A program made the translations under genes and the position numbers. Source: Patescibacteria group bacterium (lineage in GTDB: Bacteria > Patescibacteriota > Minisyncoccia > Phycocordibacterales > DATDWN01). From it: a stretch of 64,000 bases of DNA. Every line of letters begins with the position of its first letter. Positions within the stretch are counted from its first letter, which is position 1. The stretch is from the NCBI GenBank assembly GCA_040389125.1, contig JAZKAN010000001.1, positions 47,398 through 111,397 on the forward strand, read 5' to 3'. Below, one piece after another: positions 9,620-18,194 of this stretch. The notes under the pieces were generated by a model. It worked only from the letters and a program-made list of their open reading frames with translations. It made no database searches and was not told the origin of the DNA.

Positions 9620-10780
9620 ATGAAAAATTTTCTAAGTATTCTCAATGATTTTTTTCTAATTCAGAAAGGTAAATATAATAAAAAAAAATCTAGTGAGAAT
9701 ACATTTGCTTTTCTTGTACACTCCAGAAGCTACAAAGATATATATAGAAAATACCCAATATTTAGATATATTCCTGAATCAATTGGACATTATATTATAA
9801 ATCATCTTTGGCCTATTACACTTTCACAAGTCACTGGTGTTAAATCAGTACATACAAAACAAGAAATTAGAGGGTATGTGTTGGGTATTACCATGACCGC
9901 TGAGTATATGATGTCTCACAGAAAAAAGGCATTAAAAAAAATTCGAGATGCACTCTATCTCGCACGAGGAAAAGGAATCAATATTGTCGGTCTCGGAGGA
10001 CTTACATCGTCTTTATCGGGTGGAGGAACCAAACTTCTTGATATTCCGATTAATATTACAACTGGGCATGCATATACTGCATTTAATGTCACCCAAACTC
10101 TCCTCAAAATTCATACTATTATTGGGATTCCGAAAATAGTAACTAAAATTGCGATAGTTGGAGCAGCAGGATCAGTCGGCTCCATGTCAGCATTAATTCT
10201 TGCACGAGACCATTTTCCTGAAATTACGCTTGTTGATTTATCAAAAAAACAAGAATCACTTAATAACCTTGTAAAGCAAATAAGATGCTTTAATTCCAAT
10301 ATTATAATCAATATATCAAATTCCATTTCCGATATACAGAAATCTGACTTAATAATTACTGCGACAAATGCGGCTGAAGCTCTAATTACGCCAAATATTG
10401 TAAAAGAAGGCATGATTTTTGTGGATGATGCGCAACCATCAGATATTCATCCAGATGTTTTAAAAATGGAAAATGTATTAGTGTTAGAGGCTGGTATTGT
10501 AGACACACCTGGAATAAACAGTAATTTTAACTATGGACTTAAGAGTAGAACTGATAATTTTTGTTGTATGGCCGAACTCCTTATTCTTGCATCAAATGAA
10601 TGGAATAAACATTATGTTATCGATAGAGCAACCATTGAGCATGTGGACTCAATCTCAGCAATGGGGTACAATTTAGGTTTCCAGGTAGCATCCTTCCAAA
10701 ATTTCCTAGAATCAATATCTGAGAAAAAAATTAATCATATACGAGAGATTATCCGTAAAAAATATGCCCTTCAGTCTTGA
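9620..10780 (+). CDS. COG5322-type NAD(P)-dependent oxidoreductase, homolog of cyanobacterial acyl-ACP reductase (AAR)
   Basis: Blocks collinear with the remembered AAR sequence: GLGGLTSS (AAR ALGGFTSI), TTGHAYTAF (TTGNTHTAY), Rossmann IAIVGAAGSVGS (VAVVGATGDIGS), and FCCMAELLILASNEW (FACFAEAMLLEFEGW). I chose ATG 9620 over TTG 9581. Confidence 0.6.
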   Translation: MKNFLSILNDFFLIQKGKYNKKKSSENTFAFLVHSRSYKDIYRKYPIFRYIPESIGHYIINHLWPITLSQVTGVKSVHTKQEIRGYVLGITMTAEYMMSHRKKALKKIRDALYLARGKGINIVGLGGLTSSLSGGGTKLLDIPINITTGHAYTAFNVTQTLLKIHTIIGIPKIVTKIAIVGAAGSVGSMSALILARDHFPEITLVDLSKKQESLNNLVKQIRCFNSNIIINISNSISDIQKSDLIITATNAAEALITPNIVKEGMIFVDDAQPSDIHPDVLKMENVLVLEAGIVDTPGINSNFNYGLKSRTDNFCCMAELLILASNEWNKHYVIDRATIEHVDSISAMGYNLGFQVASFQNFLESISEKKINHIREIIRKKYALQS

Positions 10781-12377
10781 TTTGATAAACATCCTCATCC
10801 TTATTGTCATTATCCTGAATTCGTTTTTAGGTCTATTTATTTTTCTTACAAAACGCGAAAATAAAGTAAACCAATATTTTTTTATATTTTCAATTGCTGC
10901 CACTCTTTGGGGTATATGTATGTTTTTGTTTAGAAGTTACGCCGGAGATGAAATTGGAGTATTCTTTTCAAGAATACTATACGTGAGTGCTGCAATTATT
11001 CCATATTCATTTTTATATTTCATTGGAATATTTCCTGTTGAAAAATATAGTATTCCCAAAAAGGTATTGTACATACTTGCAATACCTTTTTTGTATATTT
11101 GTTACATTTCTCTTGCACCAAACTATCTTATTTACGGAATTACAATACAACAAATAGGAGAACCTGTAATAAATTTTAATCAAAGATACCACGGAATTTA
11201 CGCTGCGTATATTATAAGCTATTTCTCAGTATGTTATCTGCTTCTATTCATTAAGTATATTAAATTTTCTGGACTCGAGAGATTACAAATTAACTATGTT
11301 ATTTTTGGAACATTGATTTCAACTATGATAGGTGTAACGACTAATCTCATTATGCCGTATATTCATGATTTCAGTCTTAATTGGATGGGTCAAATTGGAA
11401 TTGTTGTGATGGTAGCATCGATTTCATATTCGATTTTACGTCATAAATTGTTTGACATGAAGGTTGTAGCTACGCAATTTATTGTATTTATATTGTGCAC
11501 TGCACTTTTTGCACGAGTACTTTTTTCAAATACTCGACCAGATCTTATCATCAACATTTCATTTTTTGTTATAACTTTAATAATAAGCTTTTTGTTACTT
11601 AAAAGTGTTATTAATGAGGTTGAACAACGAGAACGACTTGAAATTCTTTCATTTGATCTAAAGCAAACTAACGACAAACTGGCTGAGGCAAATATTCAGC
11701 AGGAAAGCCTTATTCATTTCATTACTCATCAAATTAAGGGGTTTTTGGCAAAATCGAGAGACATATATTCTATGGTACTGGAGGGCGATTATGGAGAAAT
11801 ACCAGACGTATTACGTCCTGTCATGCAGGAGGGGCTAGACTCTGAAACCAAAGGTGTTGCTGTTGTAAAAGAAATTTTGGATAGTGCGAATTTAAAAAAA
11901 GGAACAATACAATACCACAAATCCGAACTGGACTTGAAAGAACTTGTACGTGAAGTAATACAGGATCAGAAAAAAAATGCTGAAATTAAAAATCTAAGTA
12001 TAGAAGCAGAGATTGGGGAAGGGGATTTTACAATGATAGGCGACTCTGACCAACTTACACATGTCATACGAAATATAATTGATAATTCAATAAAATATAC
12101 ACTCGAGGGAGGTTTAACTATTAACTTAAAGCAACAGGACAATTCTATTATATTTACCGTAAAAGACACAGGTGTGGGCGTGACGACAGAGGACAAAGCA
12201 TCCTTGTTTACTGCGGGAGGCAAGGGCAAAAATTCAATCAAAATTAATGTGGAAAGCACGGGGTATGGGCTGTTTATTGTAAAACAAATTGTAGACGCAC
12301 ATAATGGAAAAATTAGAGTAGAATCCGAGGGACAGGGCAAGGGCACAACATTTACCATAGAGTTTCCAAAAAAGTAA
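10764..12377 (+). CDS. Sensor histidine kinase with a polytopic membrane N-terminus (no cognate regulator in the window)
   Basis: About 7 predicted TM segments, a coiled coil, H-box HFITHQIKGF, N-box IRNIIDNSIKYT, G1 VKDTGVGV and G2 GYGLFIVKQIV. Overlaps the upstream gene by 17 nt. Confidence 0.85.
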   Translation: MPFSLDLINILILIVIILNSFLGLFIFLTKRENKVNQYFFIFSIAATLWGICMFLFRSYAGDEIGVFFSRILYVSAAIIPYSFLYFIGIFPVEKYSIPKKVLYILAIPFLYICYISLAPNYLIYGITIQQIGEPVINFNQRYHGIYAAYIISYFSVCYLLLFIKYIKFSGLERLQINYVIFGTLISTMIGVTTNLIMPYIHDFSLNWMGQIGIVVMVASISYSILRHKLFDMKVVATQFIVFILCTALFARVLFSNTRPDLIINISFFVITLIISFLLLKSVINEVEQRERLEILSFDLKQTNDKLAEANIQQESLIHFITHQIKGFLAKSRDIYSMVLEGDYGEIPDVLRPVMQEGLDSETKGVAVVKEILDSANLKKGTIQYHKSELDLKELVREVIQDQKKNAEIKNLSIEAEIGEGDFTMIGDSDQLTHVIRNIIDNSIKYTLEGGLTINLKQQDNSIIFTVKDTGVGVTTEDKASLFTAGGKGKNSIKINVESTGYGLFIVKQIVDAHNGKIRVESEGQGKGTTFTIEFPKK

Positions 12378-12383
12378 AAACCA

Positions 12384-12392
12384 TGGCATTAT
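12384..12392 (+). promoter_or_regulatory. Extended -10 box (TGgCATTAT) 6 nt upstream of the ATG; leaderless geometry
   Basis: TGg at 12384-12386, CATTAT at 12387-12392, CTCTCT, then ATG at 12399. Confidence 0.45.
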
Positions 12393-12398
12393 CTCTCT

Positions 12399-13100
12399 AT
12401 GCCACAGGAATCTAGTTGGGACAGGGAATATAGGAAATCGAAACTACTGACCAAGGAAAATAAGCCTCAAGCAGATGTAGTGCGTTTTTTGACTTTTATA
12501 ACACAGAAATCACATACTAAATATATTTTACCGAAAAACACATCTGTGCTTGATCTCGGCTCGGGAACAGGACGAAATTCATTTTATTTTACACAGCTCG
12601 GCGCGCATGTAATTGGATTTGAGTTTTCCCAAACTGCTATAGATATTGCACAGAAATACGCGAGGGATGCAGGGCTGACGATCAACTATCAGAAACGAAG
12701 TATTGGAGCAAAATTTCCTCTTGATTCTGAATCGGTTGATATCGCACTTGATGTAACTAGTTCCAACTCTCTAACACAAACAGAACGTGAACTATTTCTT
12801 TCTGAAACTCACAGAGTATTAAAACACGATGGATATTTCTTTACAAAAGCACTGTGCAAAGATGGAGATGAGAATGCAAAATATCTTTTGAAACATTCTC
12901 CCGGTCCAGAAAATGATACATACATTTTACCAGATATTGGTGTGTTTGAACGAGTATGGAGTAAAAGTGATTTTATAAACACCTATGAGAAATATTTTAA
13001 GATAGTAAACCTCGAAAAGAAAACGAGCTACTCACGTATGAATGACCGTGTATACAAACGAAATTTTTGGATTGTATATATGCAAAAAAGTAGTATGTAG
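12399..13100 (+). CDS. SAM-dependent methyltransferase (class I)
   Basis: Motif I VLDLGSGTGRNS, followed by an acidic post-I residue pattern. Confidence 0.7.
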   Translation: MPQESSWDREYRKSKLLTKENKPQADVVRFLTFITQKSHTKYILPKNTSVLDLGSGTGRNSFYFTQLGAHVIGFEFSQTAIDIAQKYARDAGLTINYQKRSIGAKFPLDSESVDIALDVTSSNSLTQTERELFLSETHRVLKHDGYFFTKALCKDGDENAKYLLKHSPGPENDTYILPDIGVFERVWSKSDFINTYEKYFKIVNLEKKTSYSRMNDRVYKRNFWIVYMQKSSM

Positions 13101-13121
13101 CTAGAAAAATGTATGGGGATT

Positions 13122-13130
13122 TGCTAGTAT
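13122..13130 (+). promoter_or_regulatory. Extended -10 box (TGcTAGTAT) 6 nt upstream of the trpS ATG
   Basis: TGc at 13122-13124, TAGTAT at 13125-13130, GAAGAT, then ATG at 13137. Confidence 0.5.
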
Positions 13131-13136
13131 GAAGAT

Positions 13137-14117
13137 ATGAATAAAAAAACCTTACTTTCTGGTGTTAAACCAACTGGACGTCCGCATATTGGAAACTATT
13201 TTGGTGCCATGAAGCAGTTTGTGGATATGCAAAATGACTACAATGCTATCTATATGATTGTAGACTATCATGCACTCAATTTTATTCAGAATAAAGAGGA
13301 TATGTCGAGAAATATTCTTGACCTCGCACTAGACTATCTCGCTCTGGGACTTGACCCTCAGAAATCAATTATTTTCAAACAATCTGATGTTTCCGAGCAT
13401 GCAGAGCTTGCCTGGATTTTCGACACTATCACAACCATGCCGTACCTCATGCGAGCACATGCATACAAAGACGCTGAGGCAAAGAATAAAGAAATAAGTG
13501 TAGGAGCATTTAACTACCCAATGCTTATGGCTGCAGATATTTTGCTCTATGACACAGATATTGTTCCGGTGGGACAGGATCAAAAACAGCATGTCGAATA
13601 TGCACGTGATACCGCACAGAAATTTAATTTCACATTTAGAGCCGATACATTCAAACTGCCAGATGTGCAGATACTAGAAGAGGTAGCAGTCGTGCCTGGC
13701 ACAGACGGCCGCAAAATGTCTAAAAGCTACGGAAATACTATTCCGCTTTTCGCTACCACGGAGGAAATTACAAAAGCAGTCATGTCGATAGCTACGGATT
13801 CAAAGGGAATTAACGAATCCCGAAATCCAGAGGAGGACAACGTATTCAAACTGCACAAACTATTTTCAAATCCAGGCGAACTTGCAGAGCTACAAGAAAA
13901 ATATGAAAAAGGTGGAATCGGTCACAAGGAATCGAAAGAAATTTTGATTAAAAATATTGATGCATTTATTGCACCACTCCGTGACAAACGAGCAAAACTT
14001 GCAGATGATACCGACTATGTCCTCGATGTTTTGCGAGACGGAGGTAAACGAGCTAAATTAAAAGCAGAAAAGAAAATGGGGGCGGTACGAGAGGCGATTG
14101 GAGTGAAGTTGTATTAA
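13137..14117 (+). CDS. trpS: Tryptophanyl-tRNA synthetase
   Basis: Class I HIGH-type motif (TGRPHIGNYFGA), KMSKS present, and length typical of TrpRS. Confidence 0.93.
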   Translation: MNKKTLLSGVKPTGRPHIGNYFGAMKQFVDMQNDYNAIYMIVDYHALNFIQNKEDMSRNILDLALDYLALGLDPQKSIIFKQSDVSEHAELAWIFDTITTMPYLMRAHAYKDAEAKNKEISVGAFNYPMLMAADILLYDTDIVPVGQDQKQHVEYARDTAQKFNFTFRADTFKLPDVQILEEVAVVPGTDGRKMSKSYGNTIPLFATTEEITKAVMSIATDSKGINESRNPEEDNVFKLHKLFSNPGELAELQEKYEKGGIGHKESKEILIKNIDAFIAPLRDKRAKLADDTDYVLDVLRDGGKRAKLKAEKKMGAVREAIGVKLY

Positions 14118-14134
14118 ATCAAAATTTTTGAGAA

Positions 14135-14160
14135 GACCCGCTACCTAGCGGGTCTTTGTT
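14135..14160 (+). terminator. Intrinsic terminator of trpS
   Basis: 8-bp GC-rich stem GACCCGCT/AGCGGGTC with loop ACCT, then TTTGTTT. Confidence 0.85.
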
Positions 14161-14418
14161 TGACACCTTTTTAGAGTCTTCGCATTTTTCGCGTTACCTG
14201 TTCGAGTATTTCAACAGGTAAAACTAATTTTTGGGAAAAGAACAATCCCATACTAATATACCCGACACGTTTTCCATCGAGCATATTAATAATAGTGGTT
14301 CCACCACCCTCAAGGAATGTAAGCGTCTCTTTATTTTTATCTGGCACAGCAACCTCTTTTCTGTTGTTTAGTATATATAAAATAACGGATTGTCAAACTA
14401 GAGGAAAAAGATTATCCG

Positions 14419-14427
14419 TGCTATGAT
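14419..14427 (+). promoter_or_regulatory. Extended -10 box (TGcTATGAT) 6 nt upstream of the aspS ATG
   Basis: TGc at 14419-14421, TATGAT at 14422-14427, TTTTTT, then ATG at 14434. Confidence 0.5.
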
Positions 14428-14433
14428 TTTTTT

Positions 14434-15723
14434 ATGAAACGAATTTATACAAAAGATATTAAAGAACATGTCGGAAAGGAGATTGTAGTTGCTGGGTTTG
14501 TCCATACCTTACGCGTACAAAGTAAAATAATTTTCTTGTTAGTGAGAGATGTCATGGGCATTATCCAAACTGTAATCGAGGCCTCAAGTCCTGCATTTGA
14601 AACTGCAAAAGGACTTTCACATGAGTCAGTAGTCAAAATTACAGGTACAGTAAAATCTGCTCCGCAGGCGCCAGGTGGTTTTGAAATAAATGTCTCAAGT
14701 ATTGAAGTACTTTCCGTAGCTAATCCAGAGTTACCAATTCCTGTTATTACAAAAGGTGATGAAGAGACGGAAATGCCAACTCGTCTAGACTATCGCTGGA
14801 TAGATTTACGAAAACCTGAAAAAACAAAGGTGTTCAAGGTCTGGACTGAACTCGAAAAGGGGTTTAGAAAGTACTGGGATGAAAATAATTTTATCCAGAT
14901 TTACACCCCATCCATGATTCCGACCCAATCCGAATCTGGGTCAGAAGTTTTTACAGTAAACTATTTTGACCGTAAGGCATACCTTGCACAGTCTCCACAA
15001 TTCTACAAACAAATGGGAATTGCCTCTGGATTTGAAAAAGTGTTTATGGTTGGACCCGTATTTCGTGCTGAGCCTTCATTTACCGCACGTCATCAAACAG
15101 AGTTTACTGGATGGGATTTTGAGATGGGATATATTGACTCACATACGGACGTCATGGACAACGAGGAAGGTATGATTGTCTCCGGATTTGAACAGCTTCT
15201 TAAAACCTTCCCTGAACTCGATATCACTGTGCCCACTCGTCCATTTCCGCGATTTACAATGATAGAAGCCAAAGAAAAATTGAAAACACTTGGTGTTGAA
15301 AGTAGCGAGGATCATGACCTGTCACCAGAAGAAGAACGTGCAATTTGTGATTATGTTAAAAAGGAAATGAATCATGAATTTGTATTTATTACTGAATACC
15401 ACAAATCAAAGAGTGCTTTCTATCATATGCGACTGACACCGGATAGTGATAGATCACGCCGTGCAGACCTACTATACCGTGGAATTGAAATTACGACTCT
15501 TGCACAGCGTGAGCATCGTCCAGAAATTCTAAAAAAACAGGCTCTTGAAAAGGAAATGTCACTTGAACCACTCAAGGACTACATTAACTTCTTCACATAC
15601 GGTTGTCCTCCACACGGTGGTGCGGGTATTGGACCAGGACGCATTATTATGAAAATTCTCGGATTACAAAATATTCGAGAGGTTACATATATACCACGCG
15701 ATGTAAAAAGACTTAATCCATAG
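14434..15723 (+). CDS. aspS: Aspartyl-tRNA synthetase, short archaeal/eukaryal type (possibly non-discriminating)
   Basis: N-terminal OB anticodon-binding domain. Class II motifs FRAEPSFTARHQTEFTGWDFEM and GGAGIGPGRIIM. The 429-aa length is typical of the archaeal-type enzyme. An Asn specificity cannot be fully excluded. Confidence 0.8.
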   Translation: MKRIYTKDIKEHVGKEIVVAGFVHTLRVQSKIIFLLVRDVMGIIQTVIEASSPAFETAKGLSHESVVKITGTVKSAPQAPGGFEINVSSIEVLSVANPELPIPVITKGDEETEMPTRLDYRWIDLRKPEKTKVFKVWTELEKGFRKYWDENNFIQIYTPSMIPTQSESGSEVFTVNYFDRKAYLAQSPQFYKQMGIASGFEKVFMVGPVFRAEPSFTARHQTEFTGWDFEMGYIDSHTDVMDNEEGMIVSGFEQLLKTFPELDITVPTRPFPRFTMIEAKEKLKTLGVESSEDHDLSPEEERAICDYVKKEMNHEFVFITEYHKSKSAFYHMRLTPDSDRSRRADLLYRGIEITTLAQREHRPEILKKQALEKEMSLEPLKDYINFFTYGCPPHGGAGIGPGRIIMKILGLQNIREVTYIPRDVKRLNP

Positions 15724-15726
15724 GAA

Positions 15727-15757
15727 AACCCTGCAGAGTGAGACATTCTGCAGGGTT
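15727..15757 (+). terminator. Hairpin downstream of aspS
   Basis: 10-bp stem AACCCTGCAG/CTGCAGGGTT. No clear T tract follows. Confidence 0.45.
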
Positions 15758-15886
15758 AGGGACGGGGAGTTTTTCAGTCCCTCGCGACAGTCACACCATA
15801 ATAATCAGGGGGTTGGGACCGTTTCTAGTATCAACATTAACACCAACAAATTTCTTTGTCTGGGCTTTTTGTGTATAATAGATTTC

Positions 15887-16618
15887 ATGGACAACCCACT
15901 CCTCGCTGTCAAAACACATATTTTTGAAGGGCCACTCGACACTCTCCTGTCACTTATTGAGAAACGAAAACTGTTTATAAACGACATATCACTTGCACAG
16001 GTAGCAGACGACTACATCGCGTATATCAAAAGTCTTGATGATTTTCCAATTAGCGATTCTGCACATTTTATTCTAATCGCCTCCACGCTCGTCCTGATTA
16101 AATCCAAATCTCTTCTTCCGACACTCTCACTGACAGAGGATGAGCAACACAGCATCGAGGATTTGGAGGCACGACTGGTAGAATATCAAAAATACAAAAC
16201 ACTCAGCGTGCATCTAAAAGAGCGATTTGGAATCACAACAGAATATCTCCGCCTACCATCACGAGAAAAAACGATCGTATTTACTCCTGACACGCAGACA
16301 ACTGTTTCCAAACTACACGAAACAATATTGTCGGTCATAACTCAAATTCCAAAAAAGGAATTTGTACCTACTGCAGTGGTCAAGAAAATAATATCGCTTG
16401 AGGAGACAATCGAAAACCTGACGAAACGTATCACAGCAGGACTCAAAATGAGTTTCAAGGACTTTGCTGGAATGGGCCGGGAGGACAAAGTAACCGTGAT
16501 TGTCAGTTTTCTGGCTATGCTTGAACTTGTAAAACAGGGTATTATACTAGTACGACAGGACAAGGATTTTCATGACATCGAAATGGAAACGCATGCAGTG
16601 GGAGTACCAAGATATTGA
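15887..16618 (+). CDS. scpA: Segregation and condensation protein A
   Basis: N-terminal FEGPLDTLLSLIEKRKLFINDISLAQVADDYIAYI is the ScpA signature region. The gene is followed by scpB. TATAAT (15874-15879) lies 7 nt before ATG 15887. Confidence 0.85.
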   Translation: MDNPLLAVKTHIFEGPLDTLLSLIEKRKLFINDISLAQVADDYIAYIKSLDDFPISDSAHFILIASTLVLIKSKSLLPTLSLTEDEQHSIEDLEARLVEYQKYKTLSVHLKERFGITTEYLRLPSREKTIVFTPDTQTTVSKLHETILSVITQIPKKEFVPTAVVKKIISLEETIENLTKRITAGLKMSFKDFAGMGREDKVTVIVSFLAMLELVKQGIILVRQDKDFHDIEMETHAVGVPRY

Positions 16619-16630
16619 TTCTAATTTACT

Positions 16631-17179
16631 ATGAACGATAACCTTATTTCTAAAATTGAAGCGATACTTTTCTATACTGCAGAACCGACATCAGTCAGTT
16701 TCCTTGCCAAAACTCTTGAGGTGGGTGAAACCGAGATACTAAAAGCAATCGAAGATCTCGGAATTTCTCTTCACAATCGTGGATTACGAATTGTGATGCA
16801 TGATGATGGTGTAACTTTGGTAACTGCGCCAGAATTTTCAGATATAATTGAAAAAATAATAAAAGAGGAACGTGAGAGGGAACTTGGTCGTGCCGGGATC
16901 GAAACACTATCGATCATTGCATACAAGGGGCCGATAACAAAAAAAGAAATAGAATACATACGTGGTGTAAACTCGCAGTTTGCACTTCGCAATCTCCTTT
17001 TGCGTGGACTTGTGGAAAAAAAATCAAGTCTCCACAGTGACCGAACGATGGTGTATACTGTGACAAGCGATACTGTGAGACATCTCGGACTCAGTCAAAT
17101 TTCAGATCTACCCGAATATGAGACTACAAAAAAGCAATTAGAAGTGGCAGATGAGCCAGAAGAAGACAATGTCGAATAA
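16631..17179 (+). CDS. scpB: Segregation and condensation protein B
   Basis: Winged-helix repeats (IEAILFYTAEP..., GIETLSIIAYKGPITKKEIEYIRGVNS). Located directly after scpA. Confidence 0.85.
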   Translation: MNDNLISKIEAILFYTAEPTSVSFLAKTLEVGETEILKAIEDLGISLHNRGLRIVMHDDGVTLVTAPEFSDIIEKIIKEERERELGRAGIETLSIIAYKGPITKKEIEYIRGVNSQFALRNLLLRGLVEKKSSLHSDRTMVYTVTSDTVRHLGLSQISDLPEYETTKKQLEVADEPEEDNVE

Positions 17180-18119
17180 TCAAGACGAAAACAAAATATC
17201 AAATAAACTTTTAGCACTCAATGCACTTTTTTTGCTACTTATTATTTGTTTAGTTTTTGTAATATATGGATCATTGCATCCACAGAAAAAAGTTGATTCA
17301 ACTATACCTGGAGAACTGACGACCGCAACTCATGCATTTGATAACTTACCCCTCCAGGCAAAAGCCGTATATGTATTTGATGTTGTTAAAAATAAAGTGG
17401 TTTTTCAAAAAAACGCAGAAACTCAACTACCACTCGCATCTATTACCAAACTAATGATGGCAGTTACAGCATCTGATCTACTACCAAAAACTTCACACAT
17501 AACAATCCGTAAAGAATTCCTGACAGAGGAAGGGGACAGTGGATTACTTGCAAATGAATCATGGAGACTCAAGGATTTACTAGATTTTTCTCTGGTTGTT
17601 TCTTCCAATGACGGTGCAAGATCAATTGCATCAGTTATCGGTGCGTTTGATTTGCAGACAAGCGACTATGATCTGGGTAGAAAAGATTTTATTGAAAAAA
17701 TGAATGAAAAGGCACAAAATCTCGGATTTGAGCAAATGTATTTTGTAAACGAAAGTGGGCTTGATATTGGAAATACTAGTGGGGGATACGGAACCGCGCA
17801 AAATGTTGCTGGACTCATGGAATATATTTTGAAAAATAAACCTGACATTGTGGAGGCAACAAAAATTCCAACAAGTACGATTAGCTCGCTCACAACAAAA
17901 CACACAGCAGTGAATACCAATACTGAAATAAATAGAATTCCAGGACTCATTGCATCGAAAACAGGATTTACTGACCTTGCTGGTGGCAATCTCGTTGTGG
18001 CGTTTGATGCATCGATCGGTCGCCCTATTATTGTCGTTGTTCTCGGATCAACCCAGGATGGCCGTTTCAAAGATATCGATGCACTTGTTAATTCAAGCCT
18101 AGAATACATACGAGAATAG
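17151..18119 (+). CDS. D-alanyl-D-alanine carboxypeptidase (PBP5/S11-like)
   Basis: SxxK (ASITKLM), SxN (SSNDGA) and KTG (SKTGFT) motifs in order, plus an N-terminal membrane anchor. The start could instead be ATG 17169. Confidence 0.8.
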   Translation: MSQKKTMSNNQDENKISNKLLALNALFLLLIICLVFVIYGSLHPQKKVDSTIPGELTTATHAFDNLPLQAKAVYVFDVVKNKVVFQKNAETQLPLASITKLMMAVTASDLLPKTSHITIRKEFLTEEGDSGLLANESWRLKDLLDFSLVVSSNDGARSIASVIGAFDLQTSDYDLGRKDFIEKMNEKAQNLGFEQMYFVNESGLDIGNTSGGYGTAQNVAGLMEYILKNKPDIVEATKIPTSTISSLTTKHTAVNTNTEINRIPGLIASKTGFTDLAGGNLVVAFDASIGRPIIVVVLGSTQDGRFKDIDALVNSSLEYIRE

Positions 18120-18194
18120 TTACTTATTTGTGATGAAGAATAGATTCTCGTATCCACATCTCGCATTTGGCCGAGTATGTTGTATACTCTCATT

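Noticed and set aside
14171-14380. An open minus-strand frame in the 316-nt trpS-aspS gap (...NNRKEVAVPDKNKETLTFLEGGGTTIINMLDGKRVGYISMGLFFSQKLVLPVEILEQVTRKMRRL*).
   Set aside because: The only ATG would give 37 aa. I found no start signal and no recognisable family. It may be a gene remnant or a small protein, but I cannot support it as a feature.
17211-17237. TTAGCACTC, an exact CIRCE (HrcA operator) left half-site.
   Set aside because: It lies inside the carboxypeptidase coding region, and the expected right half GAGTGCTAA after 9 nt is absent (the sequence reads TTTTTGCTA). I saw no CIRCE upstream of grpE, dnaK or dnaJ.
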